NCBI RefSeq assembly: GCF_006345805.1
Contig: NC_042999.1
Location: 173,786,001 to 173,850,000 of the forward strand
Length of the DNA stretch: 64,000 bases
Source: Octopus sinensis
Lineage: Eukaryota
Direction of reading: 5' to 3'
In this document: positions 26,051 through 39,879 of the stretch, in pieces
Position numbering within the stretch: the stretch's first letter is position 1
How the letters are laid out: each line of letters starts with the position of its first letter
Program-made: the position numbers and the translations under genes
The notes under the pieces: generated by a model
What the model was told of the DNA's origin: nothing
Databases searched by the model: none
The model's input: only the letters and a program-made list of their open reading frames with translations

Positions 26051-27329
26051 AGAAGGGTCTGCTGATAACCATCAGTCATTTCTTCTGTTAAATTTTTTTA
26101 TCTTGTTCGGAGTTTTTCTCGTTTGAGAAAAAACAAATCAAATTTTCTGCTGGATTTTTCAGTTTGTTTAAGAGCCTTTTAAATCTGATGTAGTGATTTT
26201 CTTTTGTTATTTTCTGACAAATTGACCTTTCCTCATTTCAGATTGCTCCTTCTGACACATGGAGATCTTTTGCAATTGAGCTCATGGATTTTCTGGGATT
26301 GTAGTCAATGGTCTGTTAAACTTATTTTAATAACTTTAAATGTTCTGATGATTTCAGAGCGTTTAGAATCTTTTTATGCTTTGATACTGCTGATACTGTA
26401 CCATCTACAGTCTCTAGCTCCTTACAAACTTTGTTTCAACAGTTGGTTCCACTAAACACCTAAAGAGGACAATATCTTTAACGTGTATGTGTGCCTGCGT
26501 GCGTATGTGTGTGCATGTGTGTATGTGCGTGCGCGTGTGTATGTGCGTGTGTGTGTGTGTATGTGTGCCTGCGTGTAAGTATATTTGCCTGTGCATGTGT
26601 ATTTCTTTATTCGATACACATAAAAATCGGCGTTAAACCGAAAAGTGGTTTATGTCGAACCACTTACTTTGCAATGTCTTTTCTGCCCAAGTTATAATTA
26701 TTAAGTTGAGAGTATCACCGCCAGAATTACAATAAACTAGGAAGTTTTGCGTTAGAAACCAGAAACATGTAAACGATTAAACATACACAGACACGTAGTT
26801 TTTCGTATGTGTATGTAAGTTACAATTTAGAATTATTGGCGTAACTATGTAAGAAGAATTTACTCAACAAGATGACAGCGTACTAAACTCTCCTCAATGA
26901 AAATGTCACCGAACAATATTACAACAAAGATATTTTATGAAATGCATCTGCCATATATTACAACATTCTACTCATCCCAGATTGACAATGTGCCAATATC
27001 CTAATATTGTTTCTAATTCTTCGAAATTAGCCAAACTGTTTCTCCTAGATCATAAAACTGGGGATTGGTTTTGACCTCGCAGTTCGAAGATTTGAACCTT
27101 GTTTAAACTTTATGGCGCATCATTAAATCAAGAGATATAGAACTTTAAAAAGTAATGAATCTTTATTTGCAATTCATGGAAATTTGAACAAAACTGGAGT
27201 CTGCGTTATTGAAAACGCTTATTGACAGTATGATTAAACTGATACAGTCTAAATGATGTGTTGGTGTTAAGGAACATTATATTTTCATTAAGAATGAATA
27301 TGAAATAATTATACTTTTTTAAAAAACGT

Positions 27330-27745
27330 AGGCGTAGGAGTGGCTTTGTGGTAAATAGCTTGCTTACAAACCACATGGTTCCGGGTTCAGTCACACTGCG
27401 TGGCACCTTGGGCAAGTGTCTTCTACTATAGCCTCGGGCCGACCAAAGCCTTGTGAATGGATTTGGTAGACGGAAACTGAAAGAAGCCCGTCGTGTATAT
27501 GTATATATATATATATATATATATGTATATGTGTGTGTGCGCGTGCACGCGTGTGTGTTTGTGTGTCTGTGTTTGACAACCGATGCTGGTGTGTTTATGT
27601 CCCCGTACCTTAGCGGTTCGGCAAAGTACTAGGCTTACAAAGAATAGGTCCTGGGGTCGATTTCCTCGACTAAAGGCAGTGCTCCAGCATGACCACAGTC
27701 AAATGACTGAAGCAAATAAATGAGTAAAGAGTAAAGAGAGTAATA
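27330..27745 (+). mobile_element. SINE family A, long form (head + internal microsatellite + 3' module)
   Basis: ggcgtaggagtggc..tgtggtaa (A-box), gggttcagtc (B-box-like), caccttgggcaagtgtc, internal (TA)/(TG)n, then gacaaccgatgctggtgtg...cagtcaaatgactgaa and an A-rich tail. Confidence 0.9.
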
Positions 27746-27761
27746 AAGGGAAAAGACCTAA

Positions 27762-27957
27762 GTGGCGAACTGGAATTATAGTTAGCGCGTCGAGCTTTTA
27801 ATGCTTAGCGGCATTTCGTCCGTGTCAACGTTCTGTATTCAAATTCCGCCGGGGTCGACTATGCCTTTTATCCATTCAGGATCGATGAAATAAGTACCAG
27901 TTAATTGACTTACGCCCTCTCCAAACATTGCTGGCCTTGTGCCAAAATTTGAAACAG
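27762..27957 (+). mobile_element. SINE family B
   Basis: gcttagcggcatttcgtccg...ttcaaattccgccggggtcgact...gatcgatgaaataagtaccag...gctggccttgtgccaaaatttgaaa. Confidence 0.8.
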
Positions 27958-29111
27958 ATTTAGTGAATAGCCTCTTTTTCAGTAAAGCAATGATTGATAT
28001 ATGTGTTGTGTGTGTTTCTGCAATTAGATTTAACACGTTCATGGACATTCATGGAAATTCTCTCGGGAGTAAAATTCTCCTAGAACTGATGTGTAAAAAT
28101 AAAAATAGCACTGGGGTATGAATAACGCCACCTGAGCATGCGTTTCTGCGTCGTTACATTCCCTGAGCTACTAAAACGAAATTTGTCATTCAGAGCCCAT
28201 TAAACAACAGTAGCTCTTATATTTGGCCAAAAAATAGTAAATTTGCTGATACGCGCAAAACTTGATCAAGCTGTAATTATTTAAGTAGAAGAACGCGAAA
28301 CAGCGTCGATTGAAAAATTTGTTTGTACAGTTTTATTTAAAGCGCCCGTGTACTCTCAGGCATTGAAAAAAAGAGAAATTTTTCTTTCGATTTTCATAAT
28401 TCAAATAAAAATATGAACTGAGAAATATCTCTAAATTGTCAATGCCATGTTTTGGAAGGACAAAAACTAATTTTAAATATATAATGAATATTAAAGAAGA
28501 TATAATCTAGATTTCTTTAAAAGAATACTTCACTTTCAGAGAAGGTAAAATAATTGCCTGGTGATAGACAAGACAAACTCCTAATTAGGAAGTGAGATAA
28601 TCTAAAGGATCGTGAAATCTCCTGAGGTGAAACGGCCGGGAAGTCAGTAATTATACACAGTACATGCACAGACACACTCACATAAACTATACACATGTAC
28701 ACACATGCACACATACACACTACATACATCTCTTGTATGCAGAAGTCAATAAGGGCATCTCTTACGTTGTCAGCCATATTTCTTTAGCTGATAGGAGAAC
28801 TAAAGCCGTGATATTTATACTTAAACAATGAGTATCTATGGTTTATATGAGTAGGAACGGAATTCGATCCAAGATTGAATTTTTTATTTTCTGAAACTCC
28901 TCCGAATATATTTACCACAGCACACATATACAAGTGCTGGACTGCTTTTTTGTATATATTTTTGTATATCAGCGACGGAGATTCTGCGTTGGTTATTCAT
29001 TGTATTCCTACAAATGTGTGAAGTTTCTGCATTCAGAATTATGCATCTGTATTTGTTTTGGGAGATTATATGAAGGCAGCAATCTGCGTGCATATACCTG
29101 ATTTTACGTGC

Positions 29112-29168
<57 letters not shown>

Positions 29169-29859
29169 CATATCTGAGTGTATGTCTGTATATCTTTGCA
29201 TGTGTGTTTTATGTGGGAGTATATGTGTATGCTTGAGTCTACTAGTGCATCACTACTGTTCTGCCTTGCTGTTATATAACAGTATGTGCATGCGGACGTT
29301 TGCATATGTCTGTGTGTCTGTGTGTATTTACATACGGATATTTGTGTGTGACAAGAAGAGTGGAAACAGAAATTGTAAGAATGGTTTGTGAATAGGTGTG
29401 ACCGAAAATATGTGTGGGGAATTATATGCTATTGTGTTTGTATATGAATGTAAATATTTCTGGTTGTGTGTATAACTACATGCGCATGTGTGATTTCCAG
29501 TGATTGCAGCACAAAGTATGCGTGTGTACTAGTGCGAGTGTGTATTTTCCCATAATCCCCAGTCTTTTAAGTATGAATCTCACGTCCGAGTTGCTACTCT
29601 AAACTTGTACATGTCGTTGATAAATTGCTCTTTCTGTCTCTTGCTGCATTCGAAACCAACACAAGCCAAACAACACCACCACCACCACCACTGCTTTTCT
29701 CTCACTTAAGGCTGCCATAAATGACAACAACCACTACTATTACCACTGCTACTACAACCATAGGAATAAATTAATCATTATCGTCTCCATCTTTAACAAG
29801 ACCTCTAACACTATTAGAATATTACAGGTTCCTAAGCAGCTACTACAAATGTTACCGTC

Positions 29860-29938
<79 letters not shown>
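29860..29938. repeat. (TAG)n microsatellite
   Basis: Direct reading. Confidence 0.95.
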
Positions 29939-30440
29939 ACTTTTATTATAAGAGCGTTGGAATATAACAGCCCTGTATCTCTTTAGTACCATCTATATGA
30001 TGAACAATTCACTGTTCACTTCCACCACTACTAACACTACCATGAATACTACAACTACTGCTACTACCACCAATACCACTGTCACTATTATAGCTACTAC
30101 TAATACACCGACAAACTAGCTATAACTAACTGCATCATTAGCCCAGAGCACTGTCATCAATGCTAAAAAGCCTGGACAACAAATAGAACAAGTAACAATA
30201 GTAATAACAATGAAATCAACAACTTGAATATAACCTAAAACCTTATCAATCACTAAGAAATTCAAAGCCCAAGCCACCATGGACAACATCCATAGCACCA
30301 TCAACAGCGCCAGCACCATCAGCTTTTAACACAATAGTCTTACTGCGCCACCACTTACACTGCAACCAATAACAAGAGCAATGCCATCCAACAACAACAA
30401 TAATACAGTCAAACACATGTATAATTATCACCATCTTTAA

Positions 30441-30667
30441 AGGGGGTGAGCTGGTAGAATCGTAAGCACGCCGGACATAATGCTTAGCGCATTTCGCCTG
30501 TCTCTTCGTTTTGAGTTCAAATTCCGCTGAGGTCAACTTTGCCTTTCATCTTCTCGACCCAGAGAAGATGAAAGGCAAATAATTAATTTCCAGTTGAGCG
30601 ATGAGGCTGATGTAATCGACTTAGCCGCTCCACCGAAATTGTTGCCCTTGTGCTAATATTTGAAATC
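30441..30667 (+). mobile_element. SINE family B carrying an internal fold-back hairpin
   Basis: Family B head and tail; 18-bp perfect stem at 30538-30579. Confidence 0.85.
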
Positions 30668-30671
30668 GGAA

Positions 30672-30892
30672 AGGCAGCGAGCTGGAAGAATCGTTGTCAC
30701 ACCGAACAAAATGCTTAGCAGCATCTCGTCCGTCTCTACGTTGTGAGTTCAAATTCAACCGAGGCTGATTTCGCCTTACATTCTTTCAGGATCGATGAAA
30801 TAAGTACCAGCTGAGTACTGGGGTTAATGTAATCGACTGGCACCTCCTTGAAAATTCCACGCCATTTGCCTATAGAAGAAAGGACTGTTATC
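30672..30892 (+). mobile_element. SINE family B (tandem with the previous copy)
   Basis: gcgagctggaagaatcgtt...gagttcaaattcaaccgagg...aagtaccagctgagtactgggg...gcctatagaagaaagga. Confidence 0.85.
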
Positions 30893-31041
30893 ACCACCTT
30901 CACATCGAGTAATTCTAACACACAGGAGCCAATGCGAGTACCTCTACACAATGGTTTGACTTCAGTGAATAAAAGAGAAGCCTTCTGAAATTTATCCTAA
31001 CGTCTTATAATTCAAAGTACACCTTGGATTATTTCGTCCAA

Positions 31042-31176
31042 GTTATTCTTTTCTACTCTAGGCACAAGGCTCGAAATTTTGGGGGAGGTGGCCATTTGAT
31101 TAGACCGACCCCAGTACGCAACTGCTACTTAATTTATCGACCACGAAAGGATGAAAGGTAAAGTCGACCTCGGCGG
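31042..31176 (-). mobile_element. SINE family B, head-less
   Basis: ttttctactctaggcacaagg...aatttatcgaccacgaaaggatgaaaggtaaagtcgacctcggcgg. Confidence 0.85.
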
Positions 31177-31865
31177 TATGTTGTCCTAGTTATGTGAAAG
31201 AAAAATGTGAAATCATGTTAGAAACTTCTTTAATGATAGGTCTGCCTGATGAGGGCTGAGCTCAGATTAAACAAGAACTATTACTACCATTACTGCTGCT
31301 ACTGTTGCTTCTGCTACCACCACTACTACTATTACTACTAGTGTTACCCAAAAAGTAACGACAATTATACTAAAAACTAATATATTGAGGGCCGTATATT
31401 TAGGAATAAATCACTACGCATCTGTCGAAATAACTGCAGAATTCAGTTACATTCCTTTACTTTCTGAGTTCAAATACCTCCCAGGATGACTTTGCTTTTC
31501 ATCTGGGACGAATTACATCTACTCGATGTATTGGAATGCAATGTATAAAAGACGTGAATTGAATTATGATGGAAGTCTAAGAAGAATCTAAGTTGAAGCT
31601 ATAAAACGTTATTACCCACACCAATATGAAGACAAATTGGATTAGACTCATCTTGCCATGACATTGCAGTAGGCAACAGAAAAAGTATGATGATGAGCAA
31701 AATTTCAATAACACTAACCGCCCCCTTTGGATTATAATGTATAGCACACATATATTACAACACTGGAACTGCATGAAGATAATGTCATGATCAAATAAAG
31801 GATCCAGGCGTTTTATATATATATATATATATCTGCGCTAGACATCACTCTGGTGTGCACTCATA

Positions 31866-33775
31866 CACACCAGAGTGATGTCTAGCGCAGAATGTCATAC
31901 TGACCATTGCAAACTCAAACCCCACTCCAGGCCCAAACCAAAAAAGAGAGGACCGGCCAACAAGAAAATCAGAACTAGCGGTCTACAGCTAAACAAAATG
32001 AAAGTAAACTTCCAAGCAGACCTGCAGGCAAAGATTGATTAATCCAATTGCCCCTCAGATCCCTCTCCAGAAATCCTATGGGAACAATTGAAAACCGCCA
32101 TCCTACAGACCACTGAAGAAATTCGTGGGTTTACGAAGTAAAATAACACGGATTGGTTTGACGAAAACGAATTACTGATCCAGGAATTACTAAAGAAGAA
32201 GAGGTCTGCCCAGCAAACACAACCGTCCTGCATAGAGGAGAAAACGGCCTCTCGCCAAACCTGCAGCTTTCTGCAGCACAAACTCCGTGAAGTTCAGAAT
32301 GAGTGGTGGACTAACCTCGCACAGAGAATTGTACGCTGACACTGGCGACTACAGAGAGTTCTAGGAAGCTCTGAAGGCAGTTTACTGCGCCCAATACATC
32401 AAGTCTGGAGTCCCCTGCGCAGCTCAGACAATCAGATGCTTCTCACAGACACAGCTTCCATCCTCAACCACAGGTCTCAATACTTTCAAGCCCTCTTCAG
32501 TGCAAACCGAGTTGTCTAGGAAAACGAAATTCTTCACATGCAGCAGCAGCCAGCCAGAATGGAACTAGATGAGGCTCCCACTCTGGAAGAGACCACAGCT
32601 GTCAGAGGCCGACTGAAAAGTAGAATAGCAGCAGGAGTCGATGGCATACCACCAGAAACATGGAAGCATGGAAGGTCCTGTCCTACATGCTAAACTCAAC
32701 GAATTCCTTGTTGCATGCTAGGAACAAACTGCCACAAGATCTCCTCGATGCTGTCATTACCCTATACAAAAACAATGGGAAAAGGCCAGACTGCTCAAAC
32801 TACCTGGGGATCACCCACCTTTACACCACAGGAAAAGTTCTAGCAAGAATACTCCTCAACAGGCTTGTTCTGTCCATCGCCAACTCCTGGCGCCAACTCT
32901 CTTTAGCATCTTCTTCAGTATGATGCTCAAGCAGGACATTGCAAACCCCCTCGCGGAACACGGCGTTTACATCAAATACCATCTGGATGGCAGTCTTTTC
33001 AACCATCGGCGCCAACAGGCCTACACCAAGAGCCAAGTGCAACTGATCCAGGACATCTGCTTTGCAGATGGTGTCGTACTTCTCGCGCACACAGAAAGAG
33101 CCCTGCAGCGCATTACAAACTGCTTTGCATAGTCCGCCCAGATCTTCGGGATGGAAGTAAACCTGAAAAAGACTGAACTCCTACACCGACCAGCTCCTCA
33201 GGAAGTGTACAGCCCACCACATATCACTATTGCCGAAACAGAAATGAAGTCAGTACAGCAGTTCACTTATCTTCGATGTACGATCTCATCAGATGCGAGT
33301 ATCGACAAAGAAATTGACAATAGACTTGCAAAGTCAAACAAAGCACTTGACAGACTGTATAAGCGTGAGTAGAACAACAAGCATCATGGACAGGGCAGAG
33401 TACGTTGACCGGATGAAAGACCACCGCCTTCCCCAAGATCATCATGTACGGTGAGCTCACCTCTGGCCACCGCAGTAGGGGGGCACCAAGGAAGCATTAC
33501 AAAGACTGCCTGAAGCGGTCCCATAGCGTTTGTGACATTGATTATCGTGAATAGTGCACCCTGACAGCTTATCGCGTCACTTGACGCCATACAGTCAGCG
33601 ATGCTGATCCCTCCTTTGAGATCTGTCACAGTGCCTCTCTTGAAGATCAACGTCAAAGGCCAAAAAAAATGCAGCTGCCTCATCAGAGCTGAACAACCAT
33701 ATCCCTGTCATCACTGCAATCGGATATGTCTATCCCACATCGGCCGTATTAGCCACAAACGAGCGTGCATGTTTG
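31866..33775 (+). mobile_element. RTE-clade LINE remnant, 5'-truncated with internal deletions
   Basis: HTRVMSSAECHTDH, PEILWEQLKTAILQT, DWFDEN, GITHLYTTGKVLARILLNRL, DGSLFN, FADGVVL, FTYLRCTISSDASIDKEIDNRLAKSNKALDRL, terminal [21 protein letters not shown]; many stops. Confidence 0.9.
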
Positions 33776-33833
33776 TATGTATGTGATATATATATGTATG
33801 TATGTATGTATGAATGTACTTTTGTATTATGTT

Positions 33834-33899
<66 letters not shown>

Positions 33900-33984
33900 T
33901 ACATACATATATGTATATATATTTATAGGAAAAACTGAAAAAGGAGACAAACGCTCAGGATATTATTGAAACATATCTTCATAT

Positions 33985-34057
33985 CTTCTACATGTTTCGA
34001 TGGATGCATTCAAAATAAATCCGACAGGAAGAATTATGACTCAATCTCATCAGCAAA
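33985..34057 (-). ncRNA. Hammerhead motif with canonical core and 39-nt stem II insert; stem I junction mismatch
   Basis: Minus strand: UUUG-CUGAUGA-GAUUG-[39 nt]-CAUC-GAAA-CAUG-UA/GAAG; palindrome ACAUGU; first stem I pair is G.G. Confidence 0.6.
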
Positions 34058-34176
34058 CATATAAACACTCATCAAATAAACATTCTTACAGATATAGGAA
34101 ACCCTAGAAAGTGTGACGTATTGATATGCATATACACGCACACGTACACACATGCAAATGTGCAGCATACATACAT

Positions 34177-34222
<46 letters not shown>

Positions 34223-34234
34223 TATATATATATA

Positions 34235-34277
<43 letters not shown>

Positions 34278-34877
34278 CATAGACATATATATATATAGTA
34301 GCTTAAAAGCTGTCCTATTGAGCGGCTTTTAAGCTAGGATATAGCTTTTAAGCAACTGACCCCGAATAGGAAGATCTACAAACTGTTCTCTGACTTGTTT
34401 GGAGAATTTGTTGCAATTGATTCCTTCAGAATCATATTTCAATGATGATCATATTCGTTGCAAAATATAATTATGTAAAAAATCGCCGAAAACAATTGTA
34501 GTAATGAAAACATAGGAATTCAAAATTTCAGGATTGCAGGTCCGGATTCAACTCAGAATGTTTTTAATTTACTCACAGCGTTGACGTTTAGATTATAAAA
34601 ATTGTTATCGTACAAAAAAATCTGTCGTAAAAAAGTCACGTAAAAAAAATTAGCGAAAACAATCACAGTAATGAAAAGTTGGGATTCCAAAATTTCAGCA
34701 TTGTGGGTTTGGATTCGGACCGGAATATTTATAATTTACTCATTTACTCACAGAGTCAGTCTGATTCCGAAATGGTATTATATGTTGCGATACGTCCTCT
34801 AGGAGTAAAGTTGAAAAGGGTTGATACACCGACAGACTTACATTCACATTTATTATATTATGTTATTATATTATATT

Positions 34878-34927
34878 AAGGCGGCGAGCTCGCAGAATCG
34901 TTAGCACACCATACGAAACGCTTAGCC
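34878..34927 (+). mobile_element. SINE family B head only
   Basis: ggcggcgagctcgcagaatcgttagcacaccatacgaaacgcttagc, then truncated. Confidence 0.7.
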
Positions 34928-35080
34928 ATTCCCCTTACCCTTGTAATCCTAAAAATAGTCAGTCAAAGGGAAGTAACCATGCATTCTCTTCCTTTTTTAG
35001 CTACATTAATAACACAAGTTTTTTAAATAATAAATCTCGCAAACAATCACACAACCCTAATAAAAAATATTTAGTTGATT

Positions 35081-35724
35081 ATTCCATACAGTAAACAAGT
35101 AAAATGTAACTTTCCACTCGCTCTTATTTCGTCAAGCTATAGAAAGAATCTTCCCCAATAATTCAAGGTACCACTCGATTTTCAAGACACCATATCAGAG
35201 TAGGCTTCTCTAACACCACCAACGTCTCACAAATTATATTTCTCCCAATAATATTAGTAAACTTATTTACACTAACAATAATATTGATGATAATCTCTCC
35301 TTAACATTAATGTAAGCTGCAATTACAGTTGTAGCCCTAATAAAACCTGCATCCGAAATGGAAACTGCCGAATTAAAAATGCAAGGTTACCTCTTTTAAC
35401 AAGGAATGAATTTTTTATATACTATAGGTCTATCCTCTACACTTTTGAAATCCAGACTGGTTAACCATTCCTCTACCTTTAAATACAACCGAAAGCGTAA
35501 CTCCACTGGATTTAGTAAACTAATCTGGCACCTTAAAGACTCTAACAAACTTTTTTCTTTAGAATGACAAATTTTATCTATATCTTTTCCCTATGATAAA
35601 CGGAAATCATTTTATCCTCTTTGTACGGAAGAGGAATATTTTATTCTCTTTTCGAAACATAAACTGGTAAAGAGATTTACGGAGAGAGTTTACAAATGTA
35701 CACATTGGGGAACACATTCCTTCG
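35081..35724 (+). mobile_element. Penelope-like element 3' fragment (GIY-YIG endonuclease), decayed
   Basis: IPYSKQVK..., IGLSSTLLKSRLVNHSSTFKYNRKRNSTGFSKLIWHLKDS, ...KCTHW; same domain style as the 59358-59760 EN. Confidence 0.75.
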
Positions 35725-36203
35725 GTTTTTCGAATAGTATCTGCCCATTATTTAACAATAATTTCCTGCGAATTATCTTTTCTTTATTCTTCTATCTTAC
35801 TTCCCATAACTTTATATATATATATATATGCATATATGGGTACAAGACGTCACCAGCTCTGTAAAGAACATGAAATACAAAATCAAACGTGTTATATACG
35901 CAAACAACGAGAGAAATATGGAAAACAGGACAAGTAATCATCAGTTGTCGGCTGTCTATCTACTCCTCATTTCCAGCATTCAACGACAATGAGTCTTCGA
36001 AGACAGTTGCTCCCATAAAATCCAAAATAAAGTTTAGGATTTATGGAGGGTCAAATTTGGCAACAAGAAGAGGACGGTTTCCTAGGACATTTAAACAGCA
36101 TTTTGCTACATTGTAATTATTCACCTGCATCTTTCCTACAAATTGCACACTATACATAAAATACATACATACATACATACATACATACATACATACTACA
36201 TAC

Positions 36204-36269
<66 letters not shown>

Positions 36270-36339
36270 CACACAGAGGAATGCATAGATCTTTCGTCAG
36301 AGTCAAGGACGGAGTTCAATGCATTTCATAAAAAGACCT

Positions 36340-36473
<134 letters not shown>

Positions 36474-37807
36474 GGCTTGACTAATAAAAGACTACATGTA
36501 AAAGGAATAAACGAATAAATTATCCTTTGAATATGTCGCATCTTATTAAGTTTGTGGCATTTGGCTCTGTTTTGTTCTTTACTTGATGAATTTTGTTTCT
36601 ATTGTACTTCCAGCTATTGTCGTTGTTGATCTTGTCATTACACCTGCTATCGTTATTGCATCTGTAATTGCCACAGTTATAGTGGTTGAAAGTCTAATTC
36701 CTGTTGTTGTTTATCATTTTGTAAATCACACTGTTCTTTTTGATGTTACTGTTGTCGTTGTTGCTAGTATTAAACATATTACGATTTTTTTTTAATATAA
36801 TTTATTGTAACTGTTACCGTTTCTCTTGTTGCTGTTATTACTCCTTCACATAATTGTGTTAGATTGGTTGATGCAAGTTTGCTGTTGTTATTTTTCGTGT
36901 TATTCGTGTTCTTAATATCCTTCTTGATGACGTCGGTGTTGTTGCTGTTAATGTCAATGTTGAACATTATTATTATTGTTGTTATTATTTTTTTTTTCAT
37001 TATTATTGTTATTGTTGTGCTTGTGCTTGTGCTTGCTCTTGTTCTTATTGTTATCATCATTTGTGTTCTCGTTGCTGTTACTCTTGTTAATGCCAGGCTT
37101 GGTTCTTGTTCTATTGTCTATAGAGTTACATTTTTTCAATGCCTGACAAAAAGAAACAAAAAAAAACTCAACAATTAACACTACTGAGCTTTAAGCCGTT
37201 TATACTTCTTGTCATTGTTGATGTTGTTGTTGCTATTGTTTTTAATTATTATGCCACACTTTTACATCATTTGTTTTCTTTCCATGTTATTAACGCTATT
37301 CTGATTGTATTCGCTTTTACTGATACAATTTCCTTCATTCCGTTGTTTTAGTGTCAAAGTTTAGGAAAAGTTTCGATTCTTATATTCTTGTTTACAATAC
37401 TAAACGATTTTCTTTCATTTTCATTCCTTATATTTCTTTATTCCTTTCGTCATTGTCCTCTGTTATTTTATTTTTATTCTTAGTATTAATGCCACTGCTG
37501 TTCTTACCATCCCTCCCCACGTTTTTAAGTTTGCTTCTCTAATGGCAGTTTCATTGGCGTTGATAATGTTTTCGGATAATTTGTGTTCTGTTACCGTAGT
37601 AGCAAGACGCTGTAATTATTTATCAGGCAAGACAGTATTAATTAGATTAGCCATCTACTTACTATACAATGACATTTGCTTACACCTTTCGAAGACAGCA
37701 AAAGTAAAGAGACATTTAATAGGAGTGAGAGTGTGTACTTGCGTTAATAACATACTAAAGGCATGTATGAATAAATCTTTATATACACGAATACATACAA
37801 AAGCTAG

Positions 37808-37897
37808 CTAGATAGATAGATAGACAGACAGACACACAGACAGACAGACAGACAGAAAGATAGATAGATAGAAAGACAGACACACAGACAGACAGAC

Positions 37898-37968
<71 letters not shown>

Positions 37969-38076
37969 CTACATACATACATACATACATACATGGACAG
38001 GTAGATACATACATACATACATACATACATACATACATACATACATACATACGTACATAGATAGATAGATATATAA

Positions 38077-38152
<76 letters not shown>

Positions 38153-38311
38153 GAAGGCAAGCAGGCAGGTAGGTAGGTAGGCAGGTAGGTAGGTAGGTAG
38201 GTAGGTAGGTAGGTAGGTAGGAGGGAGGTAAGTAGGTAGGTAAGTAGGTAGGTAGGTAGGTAGGTAGGTAGGTAGGTAGGTAGGTAGGTAGGTAGGTAGG
38301 TAGGTAGGTAG
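37808..38311. repeat. Compound tetranucleotide array (GACA/GATA/CATA/GATA/GGTA)
   Basis: Direct reading; source of the LPTY/LSIY/VCMY artefact ORFs. Confidence 0.95.
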
Positions 38312-38832
38312 TAGGCAGGTACTGCAAGATAGGGAAGTACAGTGAGATACATCCACACGCCTTCACTGGAAGGATGGAACATTGCCTTTGTTCATATAAG
38401 CGCTTACGCATATGTGTGTGCGCCTGTTGTTAATGCGTAAATTTTCATATACAAGTGAGAGAGAAAACCTCACAAGTAGTAGGTGTAACTCATTTAAATG
38501 AATTGATAGATGCATGCATACATACATATATACATAGGTACGTACGTACAAACATACATACATGCATTCATGCATGCATACATACATACATACATACATA
38601 CATACATACATACATGCATACATACATACATACATACATACACACTTCAACGTTGACAATCGTTAAGATATTAAATGAAAGCTTATCTTAGACGTTATTA
38701 AAGCTGCACAAATTAATATAAGAAACACAAACAGTTACATGTGTCAGGTATGAAATAATAGAGAGATAAGACATCCAAGTAGATAATATTTAAATGAATA
38801 AAATACGAAATAAAATAGAAGGCAGGCAAAAC

Positions 38833-38889
<57 letters not shown>

Positions 38890-38890
<1 letters not shown>

Positions 38891-39520
38891 GACATGCTTA
38901 TGGCTGTAGAAAAGCTGAAAAGGGGACAGAAAGTTTGTTCGTAGCAGCACACGATGAAGCATTAAGTACTAATTGGATAAAAGTCAAAATAGACAAAAAC
39001 CAAGTAGATCCTCAATGTAGGTTATACAAATCAAAACAGGAAAGTGTTATTCATATAGTAAGTCAATGTAGCATGCTGATGCAGAAAGAATACAAGAGGC
39101 ATGACAACCTAGGGAGTTATGCAGAAAGCTAGGATTTGATTATACTGAGAAATGGTATGATCATGAACCTAGTAAGGTATTAGAAAGTAAGAAATATAAG
39201 ATGTTGTGGGACTTTAACATTCAGTCTGACAGAGCAATAAAAGCTAGAAGTCATGATTTAGTAGTAGTAGATAAAAAGAATAGAAAACGCCAGATAATTG
39301 ACTTTGGAATTTCAAATGATTAGAAAGTCGATATGTGAGGTATAGGGAAAATAGCAAAGTAGCATAACTTAGTCATTGAGTTACAGAGACTTTGGAAAAT
39401 GCGGGTAAAATGTATCCCAGTAGTTATTGGTGCATTAGGAACATCCCTAAAGATTTAAACAGACGGATAAAGGAAATAGGCATAAAACCCAGTTTAGTAC
39501 AGCTCAAGAAGACTGTGTTA
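38890..39520 (+). mobile_element. R4/Dong-like non-LTR element C-terminal fragment (CCHC + restriction-like endonuclease)
   Basis: GTESLFVAAHDEALSTN...CRLYKSKQESVIHIVSQC...RHDN; KWYDHEPSKVLESKKYKMLWDFNIQSDRAIKARSHDLVVVDKKNRKRQIIDF; IPVVIGALG. Starts immediately after (TAA)n at 38833-38889. Confidence 0.8.
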
Positions 39521-39879
39521 TAAGGGATAGACCAGTCGGTTGATATTCATATTTCCAGAACTCCGGACAGACCAGGCGGTTATCCCAGACTTTACCGGAG
39601 AACACAGTGATTTTCCTCACCAATAAATCGCTACAGAACATAAATATAACATTTTTCATCTATAGCATTGTCCAAAATGCTAGAGTACTCTAAGCGCTTG
39701 ATGGTATCTCTAAAACCAAGAGCCCTATCTGGGCCTTTGCTTCACACCGTACTGCAGCGGGGTACAAAGACGAGCTGTGGAAAAAATTCTCTGTCAAACA
39801 GAGACTGCTCCTGTTCTCTGCGAAGGAATCGCAGGAAGGGGTAGTAGAAAAGTAAGAGGTTTATGGTGGTGTAAATGCT

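Noticed and set aside
27330-27400. tRNA-like sequences at SINE heads (also 8983, 13861, 41476, 43465)
   Set aside because: They have A/B boxes but no complete cloverleaf and continue into SINE bodies; not tRNA genes.
31240-31275. ctgatga followed by gggctgagctcag
   Set aside because: No GAAA or stem III; it appears to be part of a different dispersed repeat.
36280-36325. Minus-strand GUC...GAC-GAAA-GAUC-UA with UGCA/UGCA stem I
   Set aside because: The 5' core reads UUGAACUCC and cannot be matched to CUGANGA; at best a decayed relic.
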